Positions 19,080 to 28,854 of a stretch of DNA of 64,000 nucleotides are shown here, piece after piece. The DNA lies in NCBI GenBank assembly GCA_046349175.1, contig JAXMCS010000004.1, positions 43,017 to 107,016 on the forward strand, read 5' to 3'. The position numbers were made by a program, and so were the translations under genes. The notes under the pieces are model-generated. The model saw only the letters and a program-made list of their open reading frames with translations. It had not been told where the DNA came from and searched no databases. The stretch comes from Hyphomicrobiales bacterium. GTDB taxonomy: Bacteria; Pseudomonadota; Alphaproteobacteria; Rhizobiales; Aestuariivirgaceae. Every line of letters begins with the position of its first letter. Within the stretch, counting starts at the first letter, position 1.

Positions 19080-20095
19080 AGACTCCGCAATGTCCGGCGC
19101 AATACCACTTCACAGGGAAACGTCTTCGCCTCCGGTGTGACGCGATGACCCGCATCCAGCCTGATCGCCTGATCCACGGCCGAGGAGATGATTTCCGAAA
19201 TCGGCTGCCGGATGGTTGAGAGATCAAAGGCCGGCCAAGAGGCCATGGCAATGTCGTTGAAACCCAGAAGGCCCATGTCTGCGGGAACCTGTGTGCCGTG
19301 CGCGCGGCAGGCATCCAACGCGCCAAAGGCGAGAATGTCGTCGCCGCAGAACACGGCTTGCACATCCCCACGGCCGAGAACGTCGCGCATCACCCGGCTG
19401 CCTTCGTCATGGGAATAGCTGGCAGCAAAGACCTCGGTCGCGGGTATCAGGCCCTTGGCTTTCAGGCCAGCGCGAAACCCCTTGAGGCGGTCAGCCGTTG
19501 AACTGGCCGATCGCGGCCCGCCCAAAAAGGCCATGCGGCGATAGCCATGTTGCAGCAGCGTCTCGGCTGCAAGCCTGCCGCCCTGAACATTGTCGGCACG
19601 CACCACATGCAAGGCCGCGCCGCCCTGTGCCTTGCCGAAAGCATGCACGATGGGAATGCCGATGGCGATGCAGCCTTTGACGAAGAGGGGCGAAACCGTT
19701 GACGACGCGACGATCACCGCATCCACATTGTATTGCCGCAGCATGGCCACCGCCTGTTGCGGATCAGACCTGCCAGACAGATTGACCAGCAGCGGCTTCA
19801 GGCCCTGATCCTGAAGCAGCCGCGTGAACAGGTCAAAAATCTCCATGAAAGCGGGATTGTCGAAGTTGTTGGAGACAAGGCCGATCAGCTCCGTCCGCCC
19901 CGTCATCAGGCTGCGCGCCAGAATGTTGGGCTGATAGCTCAGGGCCTGGGCCGCACTCATCACCTTGCGGCGCGTATCGGCGGAAATGCTCGCACCTTCC
20001 GTAAAGGCCCGGGAGACTGCCGAAATGGAAACGCCCGCCCGCTGGGCAACTTGCTGCGCCGTAACTTTCCGTGTCCTGTTTTGGCCGTCCATCAT
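19076..20095 (-). CDS. LacI family transcriptional regulator
   Basis: VTAQQVAQRAGVSISAVSR HTH, YQPN..ARSL hinge, GFND, LSTIRQP. Confidence 0.93.
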   Translation of the reverse strand: MMDGQNRTRKVTAQQVAQRAGVSISAVSRAFTEGASISADTRRKVMSAAQALSYQPNILARSLMTGRTELIGLVSNNFDNPAFMEIFDLFTRLLQDQGLKPLLVNLSGRSDPQQAVAMLRQYNVDAVIVASSTVSPLFVKGCIAIGIPIVHAFGKAQGGAALHVVRADNVQGGRLAAETLLQHGYRRMAFLGGPRSASSTADRLKGFRAGLKAKGLIPATEVFAASYSHDEGSRVMRDVLGRGDVQAVFCGDDILAFGALDACRAHGTQVPADMGLLGFNDIAMASWPAFDLSTIRQPISEIISSAVDQAIRLDAGHRVTPEAKTFPCEVVLRRTLRSL

Positions 20096-20309
20096 CCGCG
20101 CTGTAATGTTGCCCAAGTCGTCTCTCGCAAAGCTAGGAGTGTGCATGAAGGGCGTCAACACGCAGCGCGGGATGCGGGGTCACGTATAGTGACCCTGTTT
20201 TTCCGGAATGAATGTGACTTGCAACCATGATAGGGGAGGCCCCCGGTTGGGGTGGGCGCAGGTGAGGCCGCGCCACAGTTGCGTTGAAAGATAGCGGGAG
20301 ATGGCAGGC

Positions 20310-21227
20310 ATGGCGCAAATCATCACATGTGCTGGAGAATGCATGGTGGAGTTCTCCTCCACCGAGAGCGGGCTCTACCGGCGCAGCTTTGCCGGCGACA
20401 CCTTCAACACCGCCTGGTATTTGCGGCGGCTGCTGCCGCAGGATGTGGCGGTTGACTATGTCACCCGCATTGGTGACGATCGGCAATCCCAGGACATGCT
20501 GGCCTTCATGCGGGAGAGCTGTGTCGGCACCCGTCATGTGAAGGTGATGGCGGGCAAGAGTTGCGGCCTATACACAATCGCGCTGGAGGCGGGCGAACGC
20601 AGCTTCTGCTATTGGCGCAGCGCCTCCGCCGCCCGGCATCTGGCAGATGACCCGGCACTGTTGCAAGAGGCCCTTGGCGCATCGGATTGCCTTGTCTTCT
20701 CTGGTATCACGCTGGCGATCCTTCCGCCTGTGGGCCGTGAGGCGCTTCTGGCTGTGGCAAAGGCCCGCAAAGAAGCAGGGGCCATGGTGGCCTTTGATCC
20801 CAACATCAGGCCGCGCCTGTGGTCCGGCCCGGATGAAATACGGGACTGGCTCAACCGCGCCTATGCCGTGGCCAGCCTGGCCTTACCGAGCTTCGCGGAT
20901 GAGGCCGCGATCTTCGGTGATGCCAAGCCCGAGGCCACCGCCACACGCCTTGCGGCGCTTGGCGTGGGCGAGATCGTGGTGAAGGATGGCGGTGAGCCAT
21001 CTCAGGTCGTCAGCGCTGCCGGGGCAAGTTTTGTGCCCGCACCGGCTGCGATCACCCCCCGCGATACCACCGGTGCCGGTGACAGTTTCAATGCCGGATA
21101 CATCGCCCGCCGTGTGCAGGGCGGCACACCAGAGCAGGCTGCCGCCGCCGCCCATGACCTCGCGGGCCAGGTGATCCAGGGCTACGGCGCATTGGTGCCT
21201 GTCGCGATCCCTCACGCGCCGCACTGA
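20310..21227 (+). CDS. kdgK: 2-dehydro-3-deoxygluconokinase-like PfkB kinase
   Basis: GECMVE, FAGDTFNTA, FDPNIRPRLW, DTTGAGDSFNAG. Confidence 0.82.
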   Translation: MAQIITCAGECMVEFSSTESGLYRRSFAGDTFNTAWYLRRLLPQDVAVDYVTRIGDDRQSQDMLAFMRESCVGTRHVKVMAGKSCGLYTIALEAGERSFCYWRSASAARHLADDPALLQEALGASDCLVFSGITLAILPPVGREALLAVAKARKEAGAMVAFDPNIRPRLWSGPDEIRDWLNRAYAVASLALPSFADEAAIFGDAKPEATATRLAALGVGEIVVKDGGEPSQVVSAAGASFVPAPAAITPRDTTGAGDSFNAGYIARRVQGGTPEQAAAAAHDLAGQVIQGYGALVPVAIPHAPH

Positions 21228-21277
21228 AACCATATTGACAGGCAGCTCGCCTGCATCCTATCAACTGTTTCAAAAAT

Positions 21278-21292
21278 ACCTGTCAGACAGGT
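21278..21292. promoter_or_regulatory. FadR-type operator
   Basis: ACCTGTC-A-GACAGGT palindrome downstream of TTGACA (21235), upstream of the GntR gene. Confidence 0.65.
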
Positions 21293-21322
21293 TTGGGGGA
21301 AGGTGTGATACAGGGCAGCCGT

Positions 21323-22006
21323 GTGAGCCGTGTCGGAGACGTAATCAGTGGCATCACCAGCCACATGCGCAAGCATGATCTCATGCCCGGCGACAGGTTG
21401 CCTTCGGAATCCGTACTGGCCAAGGAGCTGAATGTCTCGCGCGCCACGGTGCGGGAGGCCTTCCAGTCTCTCGCCACCATGCGCATCATTGAACTCGCCA
21501 CAGGCAAGCGTGCCACCGTGGCGCAGATTGACCATGGCGCGCTCTCGCTGATGATCGAGCACGGCGTTCACACCGACCAGATCAACATCCAGCAGATCTA
21601 CGACGTGCGCCGCACCATCGAAACGCGCATTGCCACCTTGGCCTCCATCCGGCGCAGCGATGCCGAAGCCAAGGACATTCTGGCCCTGGCCGCCGAGATG
21701 GAAGCGAGCCGCAACACGCCTGCGCGCCTGATGGAGAGTGATCTCGCTTTTCACATGGCGCTGGCCAAGGCTTCCGGCAATCCCGTCTATGTGCTGCTCA
21801 TCGGGGCCTTTCAGGGCATCACCCGCCAGACCTGGCCCATTGGCTGGAAAAGCCGCACCACCCAGGCCTCCCGCGATCTGATGATCGCCACCCATGTGGA
21901 ACTCTCCCAGGCTGTGGCGGCGGGCAATCCGCAGGCGGCGCTCGATTGCATGACCCGTCATTTTGACGAAAGCGTCCGCGCCCTGCTGGCGGCAGGCATG
22001 TCATGA
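21323..22006 (+). CDS. GntR/FadR family regulator (start approximate)
   Basis: PGDRLPSE..LA..LNVSRATVREA; FCD domain DLAFH...SGNP. Confidence 0.92.
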   Translation: MSRVGDVISGITSHMRKHDLMPGDRLPSESVLAKELNVSRATVREAFQSLATMRIIELATGKRATVAQIDHGALSLMIEHGVHTDQINIQQIYDVRRTIETRIATLASIRRSDAEAKDILALAAEMEASRNTPARLMESDLAFHMALAKASGNPVYVLLIGAFQGITRQTWPIGWKSRTTQASRDLMIATHVELSQAVAAGNPQAALDCMTRHFDESVRALLAAGMS

Positions 22007-22013
22007 GTCGGCC

Positions 22014-23216
22014 ATGAAAATCACCGCCCTCGAAACGGTTCGCATCGCAGAGCGCCCCAACCTCATCTGGGTTCTGGTGCACAGTGATGCGGGGATTTCG
22101 GGGCTGGGCGAAAGCTTCTTCGGGGCCTCTGCCGTCGAGGCCCACGTGCATGACTATATCGCGCCCCGCGTGATCGGGCGCGATCCCACACAGATTGATC
22201 TCCTGAGCGCCGACCTGGTGGGTTATCTCGGCTTCCGCTCATCGGGCGCGGAAATGCGTGGCAACTCCGCCTTTGATATCGCGCTCTGGGATCTTTGCGG
22301 CAAGGCCACAAACCAGCCCATCGCGCAAATGCTGGGCGGCTTCACCCGCCCCGCCATCCGCACCTACAACACCTGCGCCGGCACGGACTATGTGCGAAAG
22401 ACAACAGGCCAGGTGACAGCCAACTACGGCCTCGATGAAACCAACAGCTATGACGATCTGAACGGTTTTCTCAACCGGGCCGATGAACTGGCGCTGTCGC
22501 TCCTCGACGAGGGCATCAGCGCCATGAAGATCTGGCCCTTTGACCGGGCCGCCGAAGCGACGCGCGGGCAGTATATCTCCGTGCCCGACATGAAGCTGGC
22601 ACTTCAGCCCTTCGAGAAAATCCGCCGCGCCGTGGGCGACAGGATGGACATCATGGTGGAGTTCCACTCCATGTGGCAGCTCCTGCCCGCCATGCAGATT
22701 GCGAAGGCCTTGGCACCCTATCAGACCTTCTGGCACGAAGACCCGATCAAGATGGACAGCCTGGCCAGCCTGAAGCGCTATGCCGATGTCTCGCCCGCCC
22801 CCATCTCCGCTTCAGAAACTCTTGCCACCCGCTGGGGCTTCCGCGACCTCTTGGAGACAGGGGTGGCCGGCGTGGTGATGCTCGATCTGAGCTGGTGTGG
22901 CGGCCTCTCGGAGGCCCGCAAGATCGCCGCCATGGCCGAGGCCTGGCATCTGCCGGTGGCACCGCACGACTGCACCGGCCCCGTGGTGCTCACCGCCTCG
23001 ACGCATCTGTCGCTCAATGCCCCCAACGCCCTCATCCAGGAGAGTGTGCGGGCCTTCTATCGCACCTGGTACGGTGATCTCGTCACGGCCCTGCCGGCTG
23101 TCGAGAAGGGCATGATCACCGTGCCGCCGGGCCCGGGCCTTGGGCTTGAACTTCACCCGGACATCGACCGGGCATTCCATACGTCGCGCCGCGTGTCCGA
23201 CGTTTCAACGGTCTGA
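22014..23216 (+). CDS. Mandelate racemase/enolase superfamily sugar-acid dehydratase
   Basis: GLGESF, SAFDIALWD, KIWP, VEFH, WHEDP, SETL, APHDCTGP, PGLG. Confidence 0.9.
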   Translation: MKITALETVRIAERPNLIWVLVHSDAGISGLGESFFGASAVEAHVHDYIAPRVIGRDPTQIDLLSADLVGYLGFRSSGAEMRGNSAFDIALWDLCGKATNQPIAQMLGGFTRPAIRTYNTCAGTDYVRKTTGQVTANYGLDETNSYDDLNGFLNRADELALSLLDEGISAMKIWPFDRAAEATRGQYISVPDMKLALQPFEKIRRAVGDRMDIMVEFHSMWQLLPAMQIAKALAPYQTFWHEDPIKMDSLASLKRYADVSPAPISASETLATRWGFRDLLETGVAGVVMLDLSWCGGLSEARKIAAMAEAWHLPVAPHDCTGPVVLTASTHLSLNAPNALIQESVRAFYRTWYGDLVTALPAVEKGMITVPPGPGLGLELHPDIDRAFHTSRRVSDVSTV

Positions 23217-23250
23217 CAAGACCACAACAGAGCAATGGGAGGAACTGACA

Positions 23251-24231
23251 ATGAATAAACTCAAGGGACTGGCCATCACAGCGCTGATGCTGGCTGGCGT
23301 TTCGGCAAGTGCCTGGGCGGATGACAAGATGGAAATCGCCTTCACCGTCCACTCCGGCGCGTCCAACACCTTCTGGCAAGCCGTGCAGAAGGGCTATGAG
23401 GATGCCTGCGGCAAGATCGGCGCCAATTGCCAGATGGTCTATGTGCAGACCGACGGCTCGATTCCCGAGCAGGTGGCCAACATGGAGGCCGCCATCGCCC
23501 GCAAGCCCGATGCCCTGATCACCTCGATCGTGGACAACACCGCCTTCGATGACGTGATCAAGCGCGCCCGCGATGCCGGCATCACCGTGATTGCCTCCAA
23601 CGTGGACGATCTGGAAGGAGCCAATGGCAACGCCCGCCAGGCCTTCATCGGCCAAGGCTTCATTCCCGCCGGCTACAATCTGGCCAAGGCGCAATGGGCC
23701 AACATGCCGAAGGATGGCGATCTGCACGTTCTCGTGGGCGTCTCGGGCCCCGGCCAGAACTGGTCGGAGCAGCGCGCCAAAGGCGTCACCGATTTCCTTG
23801 ATGAGCAGATCAAGGCAAATCCGAACCGCAAGATCACCTATGAGAAAATCGACTCCGGCACTGACCTTGCCGTCACCTCGGACCGTGTGGGTGCCTATCT
23901 CGCCGCCCATCCCGAAACCAACGCCTACTTTGACACGGGCTTCTGGCATGCCGGCGTGGCAGGCGTGCTGAAGGACCGCGGCGTGGCGCCGGGCAAGGTG
24001 CTGCTGGCGGGCTTTGACCTTGTGCCGGTGGTGCTGGATGCCATGGACTCCGGCTACATCCAGGTCGAAGTTGACCAGCAGCCCTATGAGCAGGGCTTCA
24101 TGCCGGTGATGGAAGCCTATCTGGCCAAGGCCGTGGGCCTGTCTCCGGCCGACATCAACACCGGCAATGCCCTCGTTTACCCCAAGGATGTGCCGTCCGT
24201 GCGGGCGCTCTCTGAAAAGGGTCTGCGCTAA
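23251..24231 (+). CDS. Sugar ABC transporter (CUT2) substrate-binding protein
   Basis: Signal peptide, FW..V..G, AGFDL, DQQPYEQG. Confidence 0.9.
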   Translation: MNKLKGLAITALMLAGVSASAWADDKMEIAFTVHSGASNTFWQAVQKGYEDACGKIGANCQMVYVQTDGSIPEQVANMEAAIARKPDALITSIVDNTAFDDVIKRARDAGITVIASNVDDLEGANGNARQAFIGQGFIPAGYNLAKAQWANMPKDGDLHVLVGVSGPGQNWSEQRAKGVTDFLDEQIKANPNRKITYEKIDSGTDLAVTSDRVGAYLAAHPETNAYFDTGFWHAGVAGVLKDRGVAPGKVLLAGFDLVPVVLDAMDSGYIQVEVDQQPYEQGFMPVMEAYLAKAVGLSPADINTGNALVYPKDVPSVRALSEKGLR

Positions 24232-24298
24232 GTCATGAATGGAGCCGGCGCGGTGTGAAGCCGCGCCGGTTCGCTTTTCTTTCAGGGAATGTCTCCGC

Positions 24299-25285
24299 AT
24301 GCGCCGTATCATCAAACTCGCCCTGCAGAAGCCGGAACTGGCCAGCGCCATTCTGCTGGTGCTGCTCATCGCGCTTTTCCAGATCCGCTCCGACGGCATT
24401 TTCCTGTCGGTTAACAATCTGCGCGGCATATTGGGCCTGCTGCCGGAAACAGCGCTTGCTGCCGTGGGCGTGACCCTGCTGATGATCTGTGGCGAGTTTG
24501 ACTTGTCCGTGGGCTCTGTCTTCGCCCTCATGCCCATGACGGTTGCGGTGCTCACCGTCAGCGGCTGGCCCTTCTGGCTGGCGGTGCTTGCAGGCGTGGT
24601 CATGTGCGCGGGCATCGGCTTCATCAACGGCTGGATCACCATACGCTTCGACATCCCCTCCTTCATCACCACGCTGGGCATGTTGTTCATGGCCCGCTCC
24701 ATGACGGTGGTGGTCTCCGGCGGCTTTCCGCCGCGCATCAAGCCCGGCGAGGTGCCAAGCTGGGTCTTCGTCGGCTTCATCGACGGCGATGGCCTGATCC
24801 GCGCCTCGGTGCTGTGGTTTGCAGGAATCGCGATCCTCATCAGCCTGCTTCTGTCGCGCACCAATTTCGGCAACTGGGTGCGCGCCACCGGCGGCTATCT
24901 GCCCGCTGCGGCGGCCATGGGCATACCCACGGGCCGTGTGAAAATCGCTTGCTTCATGATCTGCTCCGTTCTGGCAGGCCTCGCGGGCCTCATTCAATCC
25001 CTGCGCCTTAACTCCTTCCTGCCGTCAATCGGCGAAGGCATGGAGCTTCAAGCCGTGGCCTCCGCCGTGATCGGCGGCACATCACTGTCGGGCGGCGTGG
25101 GCTCCATCGTCGGTGGCCTGATCGGTGCAACCCTCATCCGGGTGATCGACAATGGCATGGTGATGAGCCAGATCGATGCCAACTGGTTCAAGTTCGCGGT
25201 GGGTGCGCTCACCATCTTCGCCGTGGTGGGCAATGCCTGGCTGCGCCGCCGTGGCCGCGCGATGAAAGTGGAGACCGGCAAATGA
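24299..25285 (+). CDS. Sugar ABC transporter permease
   Basis: GEFDLSVGS, IPSFITTLG, ELQAVASAVIGGTSLSGG. Confidence 0.92.
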   Translation: MRRIIKLALQKPELASAILLVLLIALFQIRSDGIFLSVNNLRGILGLLPETALAAVGVTLLMICGEFDLSVGSVFALMPMTVAVLTVSGWPFWLAVLAGVVMCAGIGFINGWITIRFDIPSFITTLGMLFMARSMTVVVSGGFPPRIKPGEVPSWVFVGFIDGDGLIRASVLWFAGIAILISLLLSRTNFGNWVRATGGYLPAAAAMGIPTGRVKIACFMICSVLAGLAGLIQSLRLNSFLPSIGEGMELQAVASAVIGGTSLSGGVGSIVGGLIGATLIRVIDNGMVMSQIDANWFKFAVGALTIFAVVGNAWLRRRGRAMKVETGK

Positions 25286-26013
25286 GCACGCCCATCATTG
25301 AAACCCGCAATCTGCACAAGTGGTATTCCGGCGTCCACGCCCTGAAGGGGGTGAGCCTGAAGGTGGAGAAGGGTGAGGCGCTGGGCCTCGTCGGCGACAA
25401 CGGTGCCGGCAAGTCCACCCTCATCAACATCCTCTCGGGCCTGCACCGCCAGGATGAGGGCGAGATCCTGCTCGAGGGCAGTCCGGTGGATATCCGCACC
25501 CCCAAGGACTCCATGCGCCTCGGCATCGAGACCATCTACCAATACAATTCCATGGTCCCGCTCATGACCATCTCGCGCAACGTCTTCATCGGGCGCGAAC
25601 CGCTCAAATGGTCAATCGGTGGCATCGGCATTCTCGATGAGAAGAAGATGCGGGAAGAATCGGTCAAGGCCATTGCCGACGTTGACCTGCACCTGCGCTC
25701 GCCCGATGCGCTGGTGGGCGAACTTTCCGGTGGCCAGCGTCAGGGCGTGGCCATTGCCCGCGCCATGCACTTCAAGTCCAAGGTCATGATCCTCGACGAA
25801 CCAACCAATCATCTGTCGGTCAAGGAAACCGCCAAGGTGATCGGCTTTGTGAAGGGCCTCAAGGCACAGGGCGTCACCTCCATTTTCATCAGCCACAACA
25901 TGCACCATGTTTTTGCCTGCTGTGACCGCGTGGTGGCCATGGCCTTGGGGCAAGTCGTGCTCGACAAGCCGGTGAAGGACACGTCCATCGAGGAAGTTTC
26001 GGAACTCCTGTAG
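25282..26013 (+). CDS. Sugar ABC transporter ATPase (single NBD)
   Basis: GDNGAGKST, LSGGQRQ, ILDEPT, SHN. Confidence 0.93.
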   Translation: MSTPIIETRNLHKWYSGVHALKGVSLKVEKGEALGLVGDNGAGKSTLINILSGLHRQDEGEILLEGSPVDIRTPKDSMRLGIETIYQYNSMVPLMTISRNVFIGREPLKWSIGGIGILDEKKMREESVKAIADVDLHLRSPDALVGELSGGQRQGVAIARAMHFKSKVMILDEPTNHLSVKETAKVIGFVKGLKAQGVTSIFISHNMHHVFACCDRVVAMALGQVVLDKPVKDTSIEEVSELL

Positions 26014-26017
26014 CGCC

Positions 26018-26725
26018 ATGACCGACCTGTCCGGCAAGCACGCATTGATCACCGGCGGCGCGGGCAGCCTGGGCAGGGCCTTTGCCGCCGCCTTTGCCAC
26101 GGCAGGCGCAAGGGTGACAGTGCTGGACCGGCCGGGCGAAAAACCTCTCCCCGGCTGCGGCTGGCTGGGCATTGACCTTGCCAACCTCAAGGCGGCGGAG
26201 GCTGCCGTGGCCGCGGCTGGTCCCTTCGACATTCTCGTGAACAATGCCGCCATCATTCTCAACAGGCCTTTCGAGGACTTCAGCCTGGAGGACTACGAAG
26301 AGCAGGTTCGCGTCAATTCCTCCGCCGCCTTCGCACTGGTGCGCGCCTGCGCGCCGGGCATGAAGGCCAAGGGGGCCGGACGGGTGATCAACCTCACCTC
26401 GCTCACATTGAACGGCCAGTGGGATGGCTATGTGCCCTATGTCGCCTCCAAGGGTGCCATGCTGGGCCTGACCAAGGGCCTGGCGCGCGAATTGGGAAAG
26501 CACGGCATCACCGTCAATGCCATTGCGCCGGGGGCCGTCCTGTCCGAAGCCGAGAACCGGGTGTTTGCGGACCGCCTCGAGGAATACAATGCTTTCGTTC
26601 TGAAGAACCAAAGCGTGAAGTCCCGTATCAGGCCGGAGGACGTGGCCGACCTCGCGGTGTTTCTGGCCTCCGACAAGGCCCGCATGATTTCCGGCCAGAA
26701 CATCGGCATCGATGGGGGATGGTGA
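26018..26725 (+). CDS. SDR oxidoreductase
   Basis: TGGAGSLG, NNAA, YVASK, NAIAPG. Confidence 0.9.
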   Translation: MTDLSGKHALITGGAGSLGRAFAAAFATAGARVTVLDRPGEKPLPGCGWLGIDLANLKAAEAAVAAAGPFDILVNNAAIILNRPFEDFSLEDYEEQVRVNSSAAFALVRACAPGMKAKGAGRVINLTSLTLNGQWDGYVPYVASKGAMLGLTKGLARELGKHGITVNAIAPGAVLSEAENRVFADRLEEYNAFVLKNQSVKSRIRPEDVADLAVFLASDKARMISGQNIGIDGGW

Positions 26726-26786
26726 GGACCATGGCAAGAATTCAACAGCAACCACGGCATGAGTTGAAGAATGTGGAGGTGCAATC

Positions 26787-27892
26787 ATGACAGCAGCCGC
26801 AACTGGCATTCCCGTCGGCAAGAGAGACTATAGTCTTGTGGGCCCTGACAGCCGCAGGGCTGTGGAAGTGGGCCTGGCCTCGGCCGAATGGTATCACTCG
26901 GAGGTGCCGCGCGCCGTGATGAAGGAACTGATGAAGCGCAGCGATGGCCCGGCCATCCGCGACACCATCCTGTGGTTCGCGCTGTTCTTCGTCAGCGCCT
27001 GGGGTGGCATCCATTACTGGGGCACCTGGGCCTGTGTGCCCTTCTTCTTTGTCTATGGCGTGCTCTATGGCTCTTCCACCGACAGCCGCTGGCACGAATG
27101 TGGCCATGGCACCGCCTTCGCCACCCCCTGGATGAATGACGTGATCTACAACATCGCCAGCTTCATGGTGATGCGCAATCCGGTGATCTGGCGCTGGAGC
27201 CACGCCCGCCACCACACCGACACCTACATTGTGGGCCGCGACATCGAGATCATCTGGATGCGCCCGCCCAAGACACTGGCGAATTTCCTGGCGCTGTTTG
27301 ACGTGATCGGCACGGTCAAGTCCTTGCAGGGCCTCATCCGCCAGGCGCTGGGCAATCTGTCGCCTGACGAGAAGGATTTCATCCCCGAAAGCGAGTGGGG
27401 CAGGTGGCCTTTGCGGCCCGCGTGCATGTGGCCATTTACATCGCCACCATCGCCGCTGCCCTGTGGATGGGCTCATGGCTGCCACTTTTCCTCATCGGCC
27501 TGCCGCGCATCTTCGGCAGTTGGCACATGGTGATGACCGGCCATTTGCAGCATGCCGGCCTTGACGACAATGTGCTGGATCACCGGCTGAACTCCCGCAC
27601 TGTCTATATGAATCCCATCAGCCGCTATCTCTATTGGAACATGAACTACCATGTGGAACACCACATGTTCCCCATGATTCCCTATCACGCGCTGCCCCGG
27701 CTGCATGAGCTGGTGAAGAACGACATGCCGCCGCCCAACACTTCCATCCTGGATGGCTATCGCGAAGTCTGGGCCTCCTTGCGCCGCCAGAAGACCGAGC
27801 CGGAATATGCCTTCCGCAAGCAACTGCCGCCAACAGCACGGCCTTACCGCGAGGAGTTCCATAACCTGCACATCGCCCGCCCGGGCACGTGA
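26787..27892 (+). pseudogene. Fatty-acid-desaturase-family (MocD-like) oxygenase, frameshifted near 27400 (probably a 1-nt error)
   Basis: RDYSL N-terminus, His boxes HECGH and HARHH in the first frame, NMNYHVEHH in the second; GAG TGG GGC A[A]G GTG restores the frame. Confidence 0.82.
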
Positions 27893-27896
27893 GAGC

Positions 27897-28697
27897 ATGT
27901 CCATGTCCAGAAAGAAGCCAACCATCGCCGATTTGCGCGCCCTGAAAGGCAAGGGCCAGCGCACCATGCTGCGCGTGATGACGCTGGAGCAGGCAGCCGC
28001 TGCCGAGGCGGCCGGCATCGACATCGTGTCGGTTCCGGCTGAACTGGTCACCCACCCGCGCTACCGGGAAGTGGCCCCCACGCTCTTTTCGATGACGGGC
28101 GTCACCCATCTCGAAGCGGGTAGCCGTGATGACTATCTGCGCTGGGCCTGCAAGGTAGTGCTGGCAGGGGCCGATGCCGTCTATTGCTCAGGCGGTCTTG
28201 GCACGGTGGAACATGTGGCGCGCGAACATATTCCGGTGGTGGGCCATGTCGGCCTGGTACCGAGCCGCGCCACCTGGACCGGCGGCATGAAGGCCGTGGC
28301 CAAGACGGCGGAAGGAGCACTCGCGCTCCTTGAAGAGGTGCGGGCCTATGAAGCGGCAGGCGCCTTCGCCGTCGAGATTGAAGTGGTGCCGCAGGAAGTG
28401 GCCGCCGCCATCAGCCAGAAGACCGGGCTTCTGCTCTGGTCCATGGGTTCCGGGCCGGGCTGCGATGCGCAGTATCTTTTCGCTGAAGACATTCTTGGCG
28501 AAAACCGCGGGCACATGCCGCGCCACGCCAAGGTCTATCGCAACTTCGCCGCCGAGTATGACAGGCTTCAGGCGGAACGCGTCAAGGCCTTCGCCGAATT
28601 CCGCGCCGATGTGGACTCAGGGGCCTTCCCGCAAGACAGCCAGGTCGTGCGCATGGACCCGCGTGAACGCGACACGTTTCTCAAGGCGATCGGGTAG
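27897..28697 (+). CDS. PanB-like (ketopantoate hydroxymethyltransferase fold) protein with a non-canonical active site
   Basis: GHVGLVPS, EIEVVP, GSG..CDAQYL..DILG, PRHAKVY retained; GDS and ADMPF motifs absent. Confidence 0.8.
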   Translation: MSMSRKKPTIADLRALKGKGQRTMLRVMTLEQAAAAEAAGIDIVSVPAELVTHPRYREVAPTLFSMTGVTHLEAGSRDDYLRWACKVVLAGADAVYCSGGLGTVEHVAREHIPVVGHVGLVPSRATWTGGMKAVAKTAEGALALLEEVRAYEAAGAFAVEIEVVPQEVAAAISQKTGLLLWSMGSGPGCDAQYLFAEDILGENRGHMPRHAKVYRNFAAEYDRLQAERVKAFAEFRADVDSGAFPQDSQVVRMDPRERDTFLKAIG

Positions 28698-28732
28698 GCC
28701 CTGGTCTCTCGGATTGAACATCATTCTAGTTG

Positions 28733-28816
28733 GTCATGGCCCGCTTCAAGCGGGCCACCCATGACGCCATGGTGATGTTGCCAACAGTGGATCGTCCGCG
28801 TGAAGCGGACGATGAC
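28733..28816. repeat. REP/BIME-like paired palindromic element
   Basis: GTCATGGCCCGC-TTCAA-GCGGGCCACCCAT and an inverted partner GTGGATCGTCCGC-GTGAA-GCGGACGATGAC between convergent genes. Confidence 0.65.
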
Positions 28817-28854
28817 GGTCTTTGATTTTCAGGTCCGGCGGGTAAAACCAATTC

